Of a DNA stretch of 64,000 bases, positions 34,502 through 46,620 are shown one piece after another. The position numbers and the translations under genes were made by a program. The stretch's first letter is position 1, and each line of letters starts with the position of its first letter. Location of the stretch: NCBI GenBank assembly GCA_040285825.1, contig JAUPSS010000006.1, positions 186,001 to 250,000 of the forward strand, given 5' to 3'. Under the pieces are notes generated by a model. It did not search any database and was not told the origin of the DNA. It saw nothing but the letters and a program-made list of their open reading frames with translations. This DNA is from Eukaryota sp. TZLM1-RC (Eukaryota; Protista; Metamonada: BaSk clade).

Positions 34502-35605
34502 TGTTGTTGTTGAACTCAAATTGAATTAGTAGGTTTCTTTGTATTTCGACTGATGACGTGATACTCATTTATGAATCAGTTTTATTAATAAACAACAGAT
34601 TTCTCTCTCTCCTTCGTGTGTTCATCTGCCTAACGGCATCAATAATTATTGGCCCTTCTTATTTCAGATGACTGTTCTTTCTGTCAACCTCCCGTCTCTT
34701 TCTTCCATGAAAGTTGAAAGTGTTCTCTTGTTCCTACAAGAGTGGAAGATCTATTCTTCTGTGACTTCTAAGAAAGAGCTTGTTCCAGCAAGACTCTTGG
34801 TCGATTCTTTTCTGTTTGAGTCCCTATCTCTCCAGAAATCCGACGTCTCTTCCAGTGACGATGTTCTTCTTAGACATCTACAATCTGTCGTATCGTTCGC
34901 CACGTACGAAGATTTTAGTCTGGCTATGTCAGAACTGAAGCTTGATGTCCGTATTGGTGACGTCCGAGAACGTATGTCCTGTTACCTGCGACGTTTCCTC
35001 CAGGTAAAGAGTAGGGCTTCCGGACTGAAGTTACCAGACACAGCTTTTCTGAATCGATTTACCAGAGGAATTCTTCCCGTAGGTCTTCAACGTTCTCTAC
35101 TAGCGAGAATTCGAGATGATGTATTCCCAGATCTTCACTCTCTTGTCGAAACCACTACTGATGAGCTGTTGGACTGCTCTAGGGTTGCTTCATGGACTCG
35201 TGGTTTCAAAACCTCAGTGAATGATGTGGAACGTACGGCTGGCACTAAAACGAGGTCCTCTTGGCGCACTCAGGATTTAAAAAATCAATCGTGCTTCAAG
35301 TGCCACAAGCCTGGACACATCTCCCGCGATTGTCCATCTAAAATCAAAACATGAGGTAAATTATTTGTGTCACACAAACGATGCACCAAAGAGTTTAACA
35401 AACCCCATATCTTCCCTCTATTGAGCCAATACTGTATTTGTCCTCAGAAAAGTGGGAAAAAGTAGTGTTGTTGTTGAACTCAAATTGAATTAGTAGGTTT
35501 CTTTGTATTTCGACTGATGACGTGATACTCATTTATGAATCAGTTTTATTAATAAACAACAGATTTCTCTCTCTCCTTCGTGTGTTCATCTGCCTAACGG
35601 CATCA
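34502..35605 (+). mobile_element. Gag-only (TR-GAG-like) LTR retrotransposon, 1104 bp
   Basis: Identical 140-bp TG..CA LTRs (34502-34641 and 35466-35605). TSD ATTT (34498-34501 and 35606-35609). PPT AGAAAAGTGGGAAAAAGTAG. Empty site CCTCC-ATTT-AATC at ~44922-44934. Confidence 0.93.
34668..35354 (+). CDS. gag: Gag-like protein with a C-terminal CCHC zinc knuckle (228 aa)
   Basis: CFKCHKPGHISRDC. Intact ORF filling the space between the LTRs. Confidence 0.85.
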   Translation: MTVLSVNLPSLSSMKVESVLLFLQEWKIYSSVTSKKELVPARLLVDSFLFESLSLQKSDVSSSDDVLLRHLQSVVSFATYEDFSLAMSELKLDVRIGDVRERMSCYLRRFLQVKSRASGLKLPDTAFLNRFTRGILPVGLQRSLLARIRDDVFPDLHSLVETTTDELLDCSRVASWTRGFKTSVNDVERTAGTKTRSSWRTQDLKNQSCFKCHKPGHISRDCPSKIKT

Positions 35606-38324
35606 ATTTAATCTAGTTGAGATTGAATTTCTTCATACTCTCCTGGTGGGGACTACGTGTCTATGGTGGGATTTCCATCCGTTCCCTCTGAGACAGGTTC
35701 TACATTTGGGAAGGGAGAGGGAGCCGGGTCCGTTACCACGTAAGCCTCTTCGTTATGTGTATGTGTGTATGTTGCTGGTTCCTGTCGCTGCATGTTAGGT
35801 GAGGAATTGGGGTCAGAGATATCTTGTTGAAAGATGTCTGACATGCGGTAAAGGTTTTTGAAAGGTGTTTACTAGTAAAGTGCTGGAGTTATTATACCTT
35901 TTGCTTCTAATGTTGCGAATAATTATTGTTGACTAAAGTCTATTGTAGTAAAGAAAAGTCTGATTTATTTTTTATTCATATTATATAAGCCTTAGGGCGC
36001 CAACACTGCTTCTTCCCTTTTTCAAAATAAATCAACTTATATGAATATGAAACAAAACTATAAACAAAAAACGAAATAACTATAAACAATCTAAATAAAC
36101 TAAGAATTAGCTTCGCTTCCTAATTCTATTACTACGTCTAGGCCTCTTAAAGGGTGTAGACTCATTGGAGGTACCTTGATGTCGACTAGTGTTACGTTTT
36201 CCAATTTTCTTGTTATCCTTACTAAATAACTGATAAGCTTCTGAATGTTCAATCAAATGGAGAGGCTCTTCTGTTGTTCTACCGCAGAACCATTGAACAG
36301 TACAGAAACCACCTGAATCAGAGCTATATTCTGTATTTGAGATATTCAATATCCTGTGGATTTTCTGCGTTATAGATTTTAGAATCTTTCTTGGCAGCTT
36401 TTAATTCTGTGCCAGTAGTAAGATTCTTCAATGATAAAGTGGATTTGAAAGGAAGGTCAATGACAAAGAATGGTCCATTCCAAGATCCATGCAATTTATT
36501 ATTTTGCTTGGTTTTACGTAAGACGTAGTCACCAATATTGAAAACTATAAAACACGAATTAGTATTATCTACTGAAGACGGAGTATTAAATTTTTGGTGA
36601 CGCTCTGCTTCTTCCCTTTTTTCTTGTAGACGAGTATTTTTTATTTTGATGTCATCCAATAAAAGGATATTAGTTTTAAATTTGGATAAATTTCCAGAGG
36701 AATTCTTCCCGTAGGTCTTCAACGTTCTCTACTAGCGAGAATTCGAGATGATGTATTCCCAGATCTTCACTCTCTTGTCGAAACCACTACTGATGAGCTG
36801 TTGGACTGCTCTAGGGTTGCTTCATGGACTCGTGGTTTCAAAACCTCAGTGAATGATGTGGAACGTACGGCTGGCACTAAAACGAGGTCCTCTTGGCGCA
36901 CTCAGGATTTAAAAAATCAATCGTGCTTCAAGTGCCACAAGCCTGGACACATCTCCCGCGATTGTCCATCTAAAATCAAAACATGAGGTAAATTATTTGT
37001 GTCACACAAACGATGCACCAAAGAGTTTAACAAACCCCATATCTTCCCTCTATTGAGCCAATACTGTATTTGTCCTCAGAAAAGTGGGAAAAAGTAGTGT
37101 TGTTGTTGAACTCAAATTGAATTAGTAGGTTTCTTTGTATTTCGACTGATGACGTGATACTCATTTATGAATCAGTTTTATTAATAAACAACAGATTTCT
37201 CTCTCTCCTTCGTGTGTTCATCTGCCTAACGGCATCAATTTAATCTAGTTGAGATTGAATTTCTTCATACTCTCCTGGTGGGGACTACGTGTCTATGGTG
37301 GGATTTCCATCCGTTCCCTCTGAGACAGGTTCTACATTTGGGAAGGGAGAGGGAGCCGGGTCCGTTACCACGTAAGCCTCTTCGTTATGTGTATGTGTGT
37401 ATGTTGCTGGTTCCTGTCGCTGCATGTTAGGTGAGGAATTGGGGTCAGAGATATCTTGTTGAAAGATGTCTGACATGCGGTAAAGGTTTTTGAAAGGTGT
37501 TTACTAGTAAAGTGCTGGAGTTATTATACCTTTTGCTTCTAATGTTGCGAATAATTATTGTTGACTAAAGTCTATTGTAGTAAAGAAAAGTCTGATTTAT
37601 TTTTTATTCATATTATATAAGCCTTAGGGCGCCAACACTGCTTCTTCCCTTTTCAAAATAAATCAACTTATATGAATATGAAACAAAACTATAAACAAAA
37701 AACGAAATAACTATAAACAATCTAAATAAACTAAGAATTAGCTTCGCTTCCTAATTCTATTACTACGTCTAGGCCTCTTAAAGGGTGTAGACTCATTGGA
37801 GGTACCTTGATGTCGACTAGTGTTACGTTTTCCAATTTTCTTGTTATCCTTACTAAATAACTGATAAGCTTCTGAATGTTCAATCAAATGGAGAGGCTCT
37901 TCTGTTGTTCTACCGCAGAACCATTGAACAGTACAGAAACCACCTGAATCAGAGCTATATTCTGTATTTGAGATATTCAATATCCTGTGGATTTTCTGCG
38001 TTATAGATTTTAGAATCTTTCTTGGCAGCTTTTAATTCTGTGCCAGTAGTAAGATTCTTCAATGATAAAGTGGATTTGAAAGGAAGGTCAATGACAAAGA
38101 ATGGTCCATTCCAAGATCCATGCAATTTATTATTTTGCTTGGTTTTACGTAAGACGTAGTCACCAATATTGAAAACTATAAAACACGAATTAGTATTATC
38201 TACTGAAGACGGAGTATTAAATTTTTGGTGACGCTCTGCTTCTTCCCTTTTTTCTTGTAGACGAGTATTTTTTATTTTGATGTCATCCAATAAAAGGATA
38301 TTAGTTTTAAATTTGGATAAATTT
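35062..38324. repeat. 1632-bp head-to-tail duplication (35062-36693 / 36694-38324)
   Basis: ORFs recur at +1632/+1631. Junction microhomology ATTT(A)CC. The duplication creates a third 140-bp LTR at 37098-37237. Confidence 0.92.
35927..36005 (-). mobile_element. 79-bp LTR (also 37559-37637 and 45246-45324)
   Basis: TGTTG...CAACA termini, PPT GAAAAAGGGAAGAAGCAG before it, ATAATTATT after it. Confidence 0.8.
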
Positions 38325-38930
38325 CCTCATATATTGGCATGGTCTGTTCTTGGACTAATCGAAGAACCAAACATAAGTTTGTACGGGGTAACCAGTTTTT
38401 TTGCTTTTAGTAGAATTTATCAATAGTTGGGATATAGGTATTTAAGGAGACCAATTTCCGTAGTCATTAAAATCTATTAATAGTTTCCTTAAGCATTGAA
38501 GAACGTTTCTCTGTTTACATTGTACAAGTCCATTACTTTCTGAATAGTGGGGAATTGAGTTACTCATCTCAATCGCTAATCTCTTACACGCCATTTTGAA
38601 AGCCTCAATGGCGAACTCGGGACCATTATCACTATGAATTAACATATGTATGCCAAACAATTGCGCAAACGTTCCAAATCAAAGCATCTGTGGTTTCCAA
38701 GGCATTGAGTTCTTTTAGAGGGACTAAAATTGTATATCCAGTAAAAGAGTCTACTATTACTAATAAATATTTATTTCCTTCGTTGTCAGCGTTCAGAGGT
38801 CCAATTGTATCGACGTTTAATCTGGCAACTGGACGATCTGCCCATAGAGATCCTGTGAAAGGTGTTTTTGACAAATTGGGGTTCTTGCTTCCCTCGAAAA
38901 CATCCACGACCAATGCATGTTGGTTCTTGT
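37738..38930 (-). mobile_element. Frameshifted Ty3/Gypsy integrase + GPY/F + chromodomain-like tail
   Basis: VDTIGPL..YLLVIVDSFT, IHSDNGPEF, SNGLV, WNGPF and VQW..TTEEP..I. Confidence 0.88.
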
Positions 38931-41900
38931 AACATTGTTTTGTGAATTATTTATACATCATTAGAACTAATTCATTTTTCTTTTTTTTAAATTACACATT
39001 CTTTTGTTCTAACAGTATAACCTTCTGACAATAGCAGTGGATTCCAAAGAAAAGGGATTGGTGGTAAGCGACAATAAAGATAACTTAAAGTTGAGAGGTG
39101 TATTACCAATTACAATTTTAAGAAGACGGTTGATTCGGATTAATAGAATAAAACAGTTTAATTCAAAAATCAATACAGACAAAAATTAAAACAGAGACCA
39201 GAATTAATGAATTTAAGTGGGAGATCTGATTTAACATAAAAATTATCAATCAGACAAAGAAATGAGAATATAGGAAGCTTGTAAGTACCTGTCTTTATTT
39301 AATATGTAGAAATTGTCATTGGTTATAAGGTCCACTGATCACTGACAAATAGCAATATGGTCAATGAATCCATGAAGGACACTAGATTTGCGTTCACCAA
39401 ATCATGAATTCAAAATCGAAAACTGAAGTTTACAATTGGGTTCGTCTTTTCTAATGAATAATTTTAAAGAATTTATATGCACTATTGGATGAAATTTAAT
39501 TTTTTTTGCCAACCCAATCGATCGGAAATTTGAAACAGAACAACTGTAAACATTAGAGATATTCTTTCAAGATATCCTCTGAAACCTTACCAACCCAACT
39601 CGCCTTATGCTTGGTTTAGTTCTTGCACTTTATCTGCTTTCTTTACGTCACTTTACATCACCTTGTTCTTCTAACGGTGTCTGTCGTTCTACACCATCCT
39701 CCTACGTGAATGCTGTTGTGAAAACTTTAGTCATTTCTCTTTTCTTTTGAACTACTGACATCACTCTAAGTCGTCTCATTTTTGTGATCTCATGAATTAT
39801 CCTTTCTTTCACTCCATTCACTCCTCACCGACCCTATATTCTCAGTTGGTGAACATGGAATCTTATATTTTGCATTCCGTGAATGTTACTTCATTAAACT
39901 TTATCCATTCATGTAAAGGGGTCAATACATGGAAAGTTGGGTTGGTTAATTTTTGGTCGTTCATGAGACTCGAACCTGGAACCTAGGCGAATTCAGTTAT
40001 TCTGTTTTAACTGTTTAAGTTCTTAAATTAAAGCTGGTTTATTGGTCATAATCAGCTGTCCTTTTTCTTTTTTGCTGATATTTCACTTTTCTTCTTGTAG
40101 TTTTTTTATGTATATGGACCATTTTGGTTTTCAAATTTATTTTGATAACCTATGTAAATTCAATCATTCAACAACCCATATTTCAACCATGAATTTAAAA
40201 TAAATCATTGATTAATGTACATGACTCAAGGTTGGTTCTCACTAATGTTAAAACTCTAGGTTCAGTTGATTCTAATGGTAATGATGTAAGTAGATGTGTT
40301 ATTATTGAGATTTTTACACTTGCTGATTCTCATGTTGATTTCGGTAATGTAGTTGTTGGTTGTGAATTCAATCTATTCTTACCACTGATGCCAATGTTGG
40401 GCACGACTGATGATGAATTTAAAAATGTTGAAAGCAAAGTTTTTGATTTCAGGAGTGAACTCCTTGTCAAAAACACCAAATTTTGACTAAATTATATCAC
40501 TACTGATAATGATTGTTGTCGCCAGATTGCTGATTCAACTATTGATTTAGTGAGTGTGTCTGCTACTTATGGTTATTTTTTACTAACCAAAATTAATTTG
40601 ATTATGATTAATGCTATGTTTCTGAAATACATTTTAATTTAAATTCAATGGTGACATATGGTAAATTTGTTTAAATATTGTGTTTTATGGTGTGAGTTTA
40701 TTTGAATTTTTACCTTTGTGTTTTTTGCTGATTTTTGTTTACTACCTTTTTATTGGAGTCTCTATCAAATATTGAAAGTAATTCTCTTTATTTTGAGTCT
40801 CTATTTATAAATACATAAACAACCGAGTAATCATCAGTCATTCAGTTTGTAATTGTTTGAAGTTGATTACGGTCAAGAAAGATCTGATTACATGTGTCTG
40901 TATAGTCTACATGTTATTGGATCTTTGTAGGTTTAATACTTACAGCAACTTCAGTTATGAATTAATTTGAGGGTTTCTTTTTTTACCTCAACATGATTAA
41001 TTCATTTTTTTCTATTATTTATTTTTACATTTAAGATAGGTTCAATAATGAGATGACTAAAGCAGCATCGATCTTTTGAATTTCTTCCTTTGCTGTCATA
41101 TTCCCTTTTCTAAAGATTATCAATTTTCTCAAAAAATATATTCTTCCATTTTTTTTTCACAAAACTACAGCACTTCTAAACTTCTGCTTGCTCAGCAGCT
41201 GGAAAGTTAATTTGAGGGTTAAAACAAGGCTTAACATAAAAAAGATACTTTTTCAAGAAATTGTTGCTCACAGATGTATTTTCGTACATATCTTGCTCGT
41301 ACAAGCTGCTTGAATCCAAATCATTCTGATTGTCCTTCTTAATCAAAGTTTGGTTAAAAAGATAAAATATTCAAGCCAGATTGAAAGATTGTTGCCGCAG
41401 ACTCAATCAAATTTTGGTTATCTTCATTTTCCTCGGAACAACAGGCACATTAAACCTCAGTGACCTACAGGAAATCTTTGAAGGAGATTCAAGATAAACT
41501 TACATGCATTTAATAAAAAGAATCTTTCTCTTGAATTATTCAGATTGAAATTGATGTAGTGTTCGAGAACAGAATCAGCAACTACTTCTTCGGGTTGGGC
41601 TAATGGTTCATCTGGCAAAAGAGAGAGAGGATAATTTGCACAGACATTCGTTTTATCTAGAGCTCTACAATGAGCACGAATAAAATTTTTTGTCCAGGAT
41701 TGACAAGTTTTAGGTAGACTTGTCTTCACGTTAGACGCTAATTGACGAGCCCGACAAGCAAGGTAAGGAAAAAGCCCTTTTGTATTGATGAAATTACGTT
41801 TCTGAAACTGCAGCCAAGCATTGAGAAAAAGATTGAAGGAATTTCTATAAGGCACTAAACAATTTTCCCATGAAGAAACAAGAGACCTGTCTTGTTGATG

Positions 41901-42678
41901 CCGTAGGTTGGAAAAGTGGGGTTAAGATAAAGGTGATATATTTTCTATTCATTTTATAAAAGCCTAAGGGCGCCAACACTACTTCTCCCCTTTTTCAAAA
42001 TCAATCGGCTTTGTAATGAATATTCAACTAACATCAATAACTAATAAACAAATTTTTCTTATTTCTATTACTACGTCTAGGCCGTTTAGGGGCGCTAGAC
42101 TCATTGGAAGGACCTCTTCTATTAGAAGTACGTTTACCAACTTTTCATAAATTGCTGGACTGTCGTTTGATTTTGAAGTAATACTTGTAACAAATATCCA
42201 TGTTTTGATCGAATATGATGGATTTTTCAGAAGAATCCCTTATTTTCAAAGAACAGAAGATGATTTTCAACGTCAGTTGCTAAACGATCAATGGAAGGAT
42301 CTTAAGGCTCAAGTAATGGAAAATGTATTGATACATATTTTGTACACAATACCAAATGAATTGATTCCTTCAGAACTAGATCAAATTCTGAATGTGGATT
42401 TCATGCATAATTTGATTTGATTGAAAATCAACAATGGGTTTATCACTGTGATGAATCCCCTTACAGATCACTTCGCAGTAGTTATTTTTTTTATGGTGAA
42501 ACAATACAATAACGTTGTTTAATTTGTGTAGATTAGCTGTTTTGGGATAAGACGATTTGTTTTTTTACCTCAACAGGATTAATTCATTACCTTTTGTATT
42601 TGGTTCGGGAAAAATTTCCGGGATAGGAGAAAGGCTTAATATTTAATATTGACTCAAAATTGGATGAATGGTATTGGC

Positions 42679-42885
42679 ATGTTTCATGTGATCCTTGTAC
42701 AATGTCATGATATTTCTTCTTTTAGTAGTTTTAAAGAATTTTAAAATTTATTAATTTCTCATTATTAACCTCGGGTAGCTGTTGCAGCAAGGGAATATCA
42801 TGCTGAAGGTGATTCCCATTTTCATTTACTATTCCGAACTAATCCTAGATTACAAGTGACAACCCGAAAAAGAATCTGTCGTGAG
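42679..42885 (+). mobile_element. HUH Rep fragment of geminivirus/CRESS type (second copy 50359-50575)
   Basis: In one frame: FHVILVQC (motif I-like) ... AAREYHAEGDSHFHLL (motif II). Two in-frame TAA. Confidence 0.65.
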
Positions 42886-43619
42886 CACTTTTTTTACGCT
42901 CAGGAGAAATGAATGAAACTTTTTTGGCTTCTTATCACAAAATCAAACTTATTTTGTCTCAAAATTCTCTCTGTACTATTGGTCAAAGTTTGGGAAACCA
43001 AAGAAATTGTTTCCTGCTCATCATTCCTTATCAGTGAAGCTATTTCAATGAGATTTCAATGAGAGTCACTATTTTCCAAAAAAAGTTCATATTTATTTTA
43101 AAACCAACAGCTTGCTATTTGTTCTGCCATGAGTCGATGAATTTTTTAGTCTGTTTGGTAGCAAAATTCGGCACAGTGAAAATTAAGTAAGGGTTCTTTC
43201 ATAGTGTTTTTGATGTGTTTTTTGTTGTAAAAAAAGTTCAAAATTTTCAGAAAAGGAAAAAATAGGCTTCAAATTAGCAAGATATGATTGTTCGTTTTTT
43301 CTAAAGTTTTGGGGAAATGCTAGCTGCACACCATATAAGTTCCGTGCTGTTTGGGTTTTGCTGATTTTATTCAGTGGTACAGCTGATATAATTTTCAGAA
43401 AATGTCATGGAGAAATATTTTCGTCAACCTTTGTAGTAGTGGTATTAATTAAATCTTCTACTTCATCCTGTAACTTATTTTCTAAGGAAAACTTATTGAC
43501 AACATTTTCATTTACGATCAGAAAATTAACAACATCAACAGTTGTGGAGTCTGAGTGGCTGATTGAAGGTGTACTTATCACTTATTAAAAGAATGGGTTT
43601 CAATTTCATATTTGAGATT

Positions 43620-45163
43620 CAGAATCACAAGTTCAAATTGGATCAACTGGAGGAGGCTCATAGGCGTCGTCAGTTCATCAGTTCTTTGACGTTGCCTTGG
43701 ACGGACCTGTTGTTGAACTCTGGAGTTGCGTTTCCGACTCTTGGTAGGTATATCGTTTTGTCCACTGGCTATGGCCGTTTCAAATTCTCTGGCTGAGCGG
43801 CGATTCATGGTTTTCTCAGAAGCTGTTGAGAATGTTAACCTGAGAGATAAACCATCTGATGCAAGTGTAAACAAGGGCAAAGTTCTTTTGTTGAAGTGCT
43901 TGAATGGGTTTCTGAGTAGTTGTCGGTTTGGATTTAAACGCAAGAAGTGTTTTTCAAGTTGTTGAGTGAAAGAAATAAAACCTGGTGAGTAGCTTGCGGA
44001 TGGAGCGAGAGCGTCTCTCTTCAATGTTTCACCGGGCATGTTCTCGAGGAAGGACAAACTACTTGGAAGCCGGCTGAGATGATAACAGTCATCGATTCAG
44101 CGTTTAGTTGGATGTCAGTTTCTTCCAAGAGGGGGTTGAACTATTGGAACCTAGCAGGGTCACCTGATTGTTAGTTAAATAAATCAGTTATGTGAGCATG
44201 ATGTTTGTCATACCAACCAAGTTCGTGCTCAGAAACGGCGGAATCTTTATGAACGGCAGCAGCTTATCCTTTCGGAGCTGGACAGTCAAAGAAAACTGCC
44301 ATTGTTTTGTAGAAGTTAAGCTTCCATACAACTGGGTCATCTGTCATTATTTGACCGAAATGGTTCGACATTTTCAAACAAAATGAAATCACGATTAGAC
44401 AGTTGTCCTGAACATATTTGTAATAGTGTATAAGCAACAGCCCACCCACATAAGCAACTGCTTAATGTCTAAAGATAACCATGGACGTAGTGAGTAAGTA
44501 ATATATCGCTGATGTTGAGGCTCAGTTATTGAAGAAAAAGACTGTGCATTGTTGTAGTGAAAAGGCAAGACCCTCAAAACACGTATTTGCTCACACTTCC
44601 TTTTGCTTTGCAATGCATCTCGTTAATTCTTTTGTCCATGCCAGAGATTCTGGGACATCGCTCTGTGTTACGCCCGAATGTCTCTCTACTCAATTTGTCA
44701 AGAGCTTTGATGAGCTCATACCTTTCGTTGAGGGGAATTTCTAATACCTTTTGGGTATCCCCAACCATACTAAGGGTCTGAAAACCAACGTTTCTGCTTT
44801 TTTAGGAATGTAACCCCACATAAGGGAAGCTGCTAGAACAGACAGAAATCTGTTGGTTCGAGGTGAGCTTCCGCATCTTCCCTTAATAACTTATAGAACA
44901 CATCGGAAGAGTCGTCTTATTCCTCCATTTAATCCAGTTGAGATTGAATTTCTTCATACTCTCCTGGTGGGGAAGACGAGTCTAAAATGGGATTTCCATC
45001 CGTTCCCTCTGAGACAGGTTCTACATTTGGGAGGGGAGAGGGAGCCGGGTCCGTTACCACGTAAGCCTCTTCGTTATGTGTGTGTGTATGTTGCTGGTTC
45101 CTGTCGCTGCATGTTAGGTGAGGAATTGGGGTCAGAGATATCTTGTTGAAAGATGTCTGACAT
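43620..45163 (-). pseudogene. Fanzor1-like gene, copy without the insertion
   Basis: Same motifs as 33190-35844. The ATG lies ~82 nt downstream of the 79-bp LTR. Confidence 0.55.
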
Positions 45164-45425
45164 GCGGTAAAGTTTTTTGAAAGGTGTTTACTAGTAAAGT
45201 GCTGGAGTTATTATACCTTTTGCTTTTAATGTTGTGAATAATTATTGTTGACTAAAGTCTATTGTAGTAAAGAAAAGTCTGATTTATTTTTTATTCATAT
45301 TATATAAGCCTTAGGGCGCCAACACTGCTTCTTCCCTTTTTCAAAATAAATCAACTTATATGAATATGAAACAAAACTATACACAAATAACGAAATAACT
45401 ATAAACAATCTATATAAACTAAGAA

Positions 45426-46620
45426 TTAGCTTCGCTTCCTAATTCTATTACTACGTCTAGGCCTCTTAAAGGGTGTAGACTCATTGGAGGTACCTTGACG
45501 TCGACTAGTGTTACGTTTTCCAATTTTGTTGTTATCCTTACTAAATAACTGATAAGCTTCTGAATGTTCAATCAAATGGAGAGGCTCTTCTGTTGTTCTA
45601 CCGCAGAACCATTGAACAGTACAGAAACCACCTGAATCAGAGCTATATTCTGTATTTGAGATATTCAATATCCTGTGGATTTTCTGCGTTATAGATTTTA
45701 GAATCTTTCTTGGCAGCTTTTAATTCTGTGCCAGTAGTAAGATTCTTCAATGATAAAGTGGATTTGAAAGGAAGGTCAATGACAAAGAATGGTCCATTCC
45801 AAGATCCATGCAATTTATTATTTTGCTTGGTTTTACGTAAGACGTAGTCACCAATATTGAAAACTATAAAACACGAATTAGTATTATCTACTGAAGACGG
45901 AGTATTAAATTTTTGGTGACGCTCTGCGTCTTCCCTTTTTTCTTGTAGACGAGTATTTTTTATTTTGATGTCATCCAATAAAAGGATATTAGTTTTAAAT
46001 TTGGATAAATTTCCTCATATATTGGCATGGTCTGTTCTTGGACTAATCGAAGAACCAAACATAAGTTTGTACGGGGTAACCAGTTTTTTTGCTTTTAGTA
46101 GAATTTATCAATAGTTGGGATATAGGTATTTAAGGAGACCAATTTCCGTAGTCATTAAAATCTATTAATAGTTTCCTTAAGCATTGAAGAACGTTTCTCT
46201 GTTGACATTGTACAAGTCCATTACTTTCTGAATAGTGGGGAATTGAGTTACTCATCTCAATCGCTAATCTCTTACACGCTATTTTGAAAGTCTCAATGGC
46301 GAACTCGGGACCATTATCACTATGAATTAACATATGTATGCCAAACAATTGCGCAAACGTTCCAAATCAAAGCATCTGTGGTTTCCAAGGCATTGAGTTC
46401 TTTTAGAGGGACTAAAATTGTATATCCAGTAAAAGAGTCTACTATTACTAATAAATATTTATTTCCTTCGTTGTCAGTGTTCAGAGGTCCAATTGTATCG
46501 ACGTTTAATCTGGCAACTGGACGATCTGCCCATAGAGATCCTGTGAAAGGTGTTTTTGACAAATTGGGGTTCTTGCTTCCCTCGAAAACATCCACGACCA
46601 ATGCATGTTGGGTCTTGTAA
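45426..46620 (-). mobile_element. Frameshifted Gypsy integrase + chromodomain-like tail (copy 2)
   Basis: Same motifs as 37738-38930. Confidence 0.88.

Larger units (their letters stand above)
33190..35844 (-). pseudogene. Fanzor1-like gene (disordered N-terminus, REC/WED), interrupted by the gag-only element and truncated just before RuvC-I
   Basis: MSDIFQQ start, then ELIKALDKLSRETF, LSLNISDILLTHY, LAPSASYSPGFISF and TLASDGLSLRL in Fanzor1 order. Many stops and frameshifts. Confidence 0.55.
32907..43325. repeat. Tandem segmental duplication unit 1 (7.7 kb core + gag-only insertion + 1.63 kb internal duplication)
   Basis: Colinear near-identity with 43331-51025. Offset is 10428 at the left and 7680 at the right. 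Confidence 0.92.

Noticed and set aside
35990-36005. TGGCGCCC as a tRNA-Lys primer-binding site
   Set aside because: It sits just inside the LTR start (TGTTGGCGCCC) after the PPT, not downstream of an LTR.
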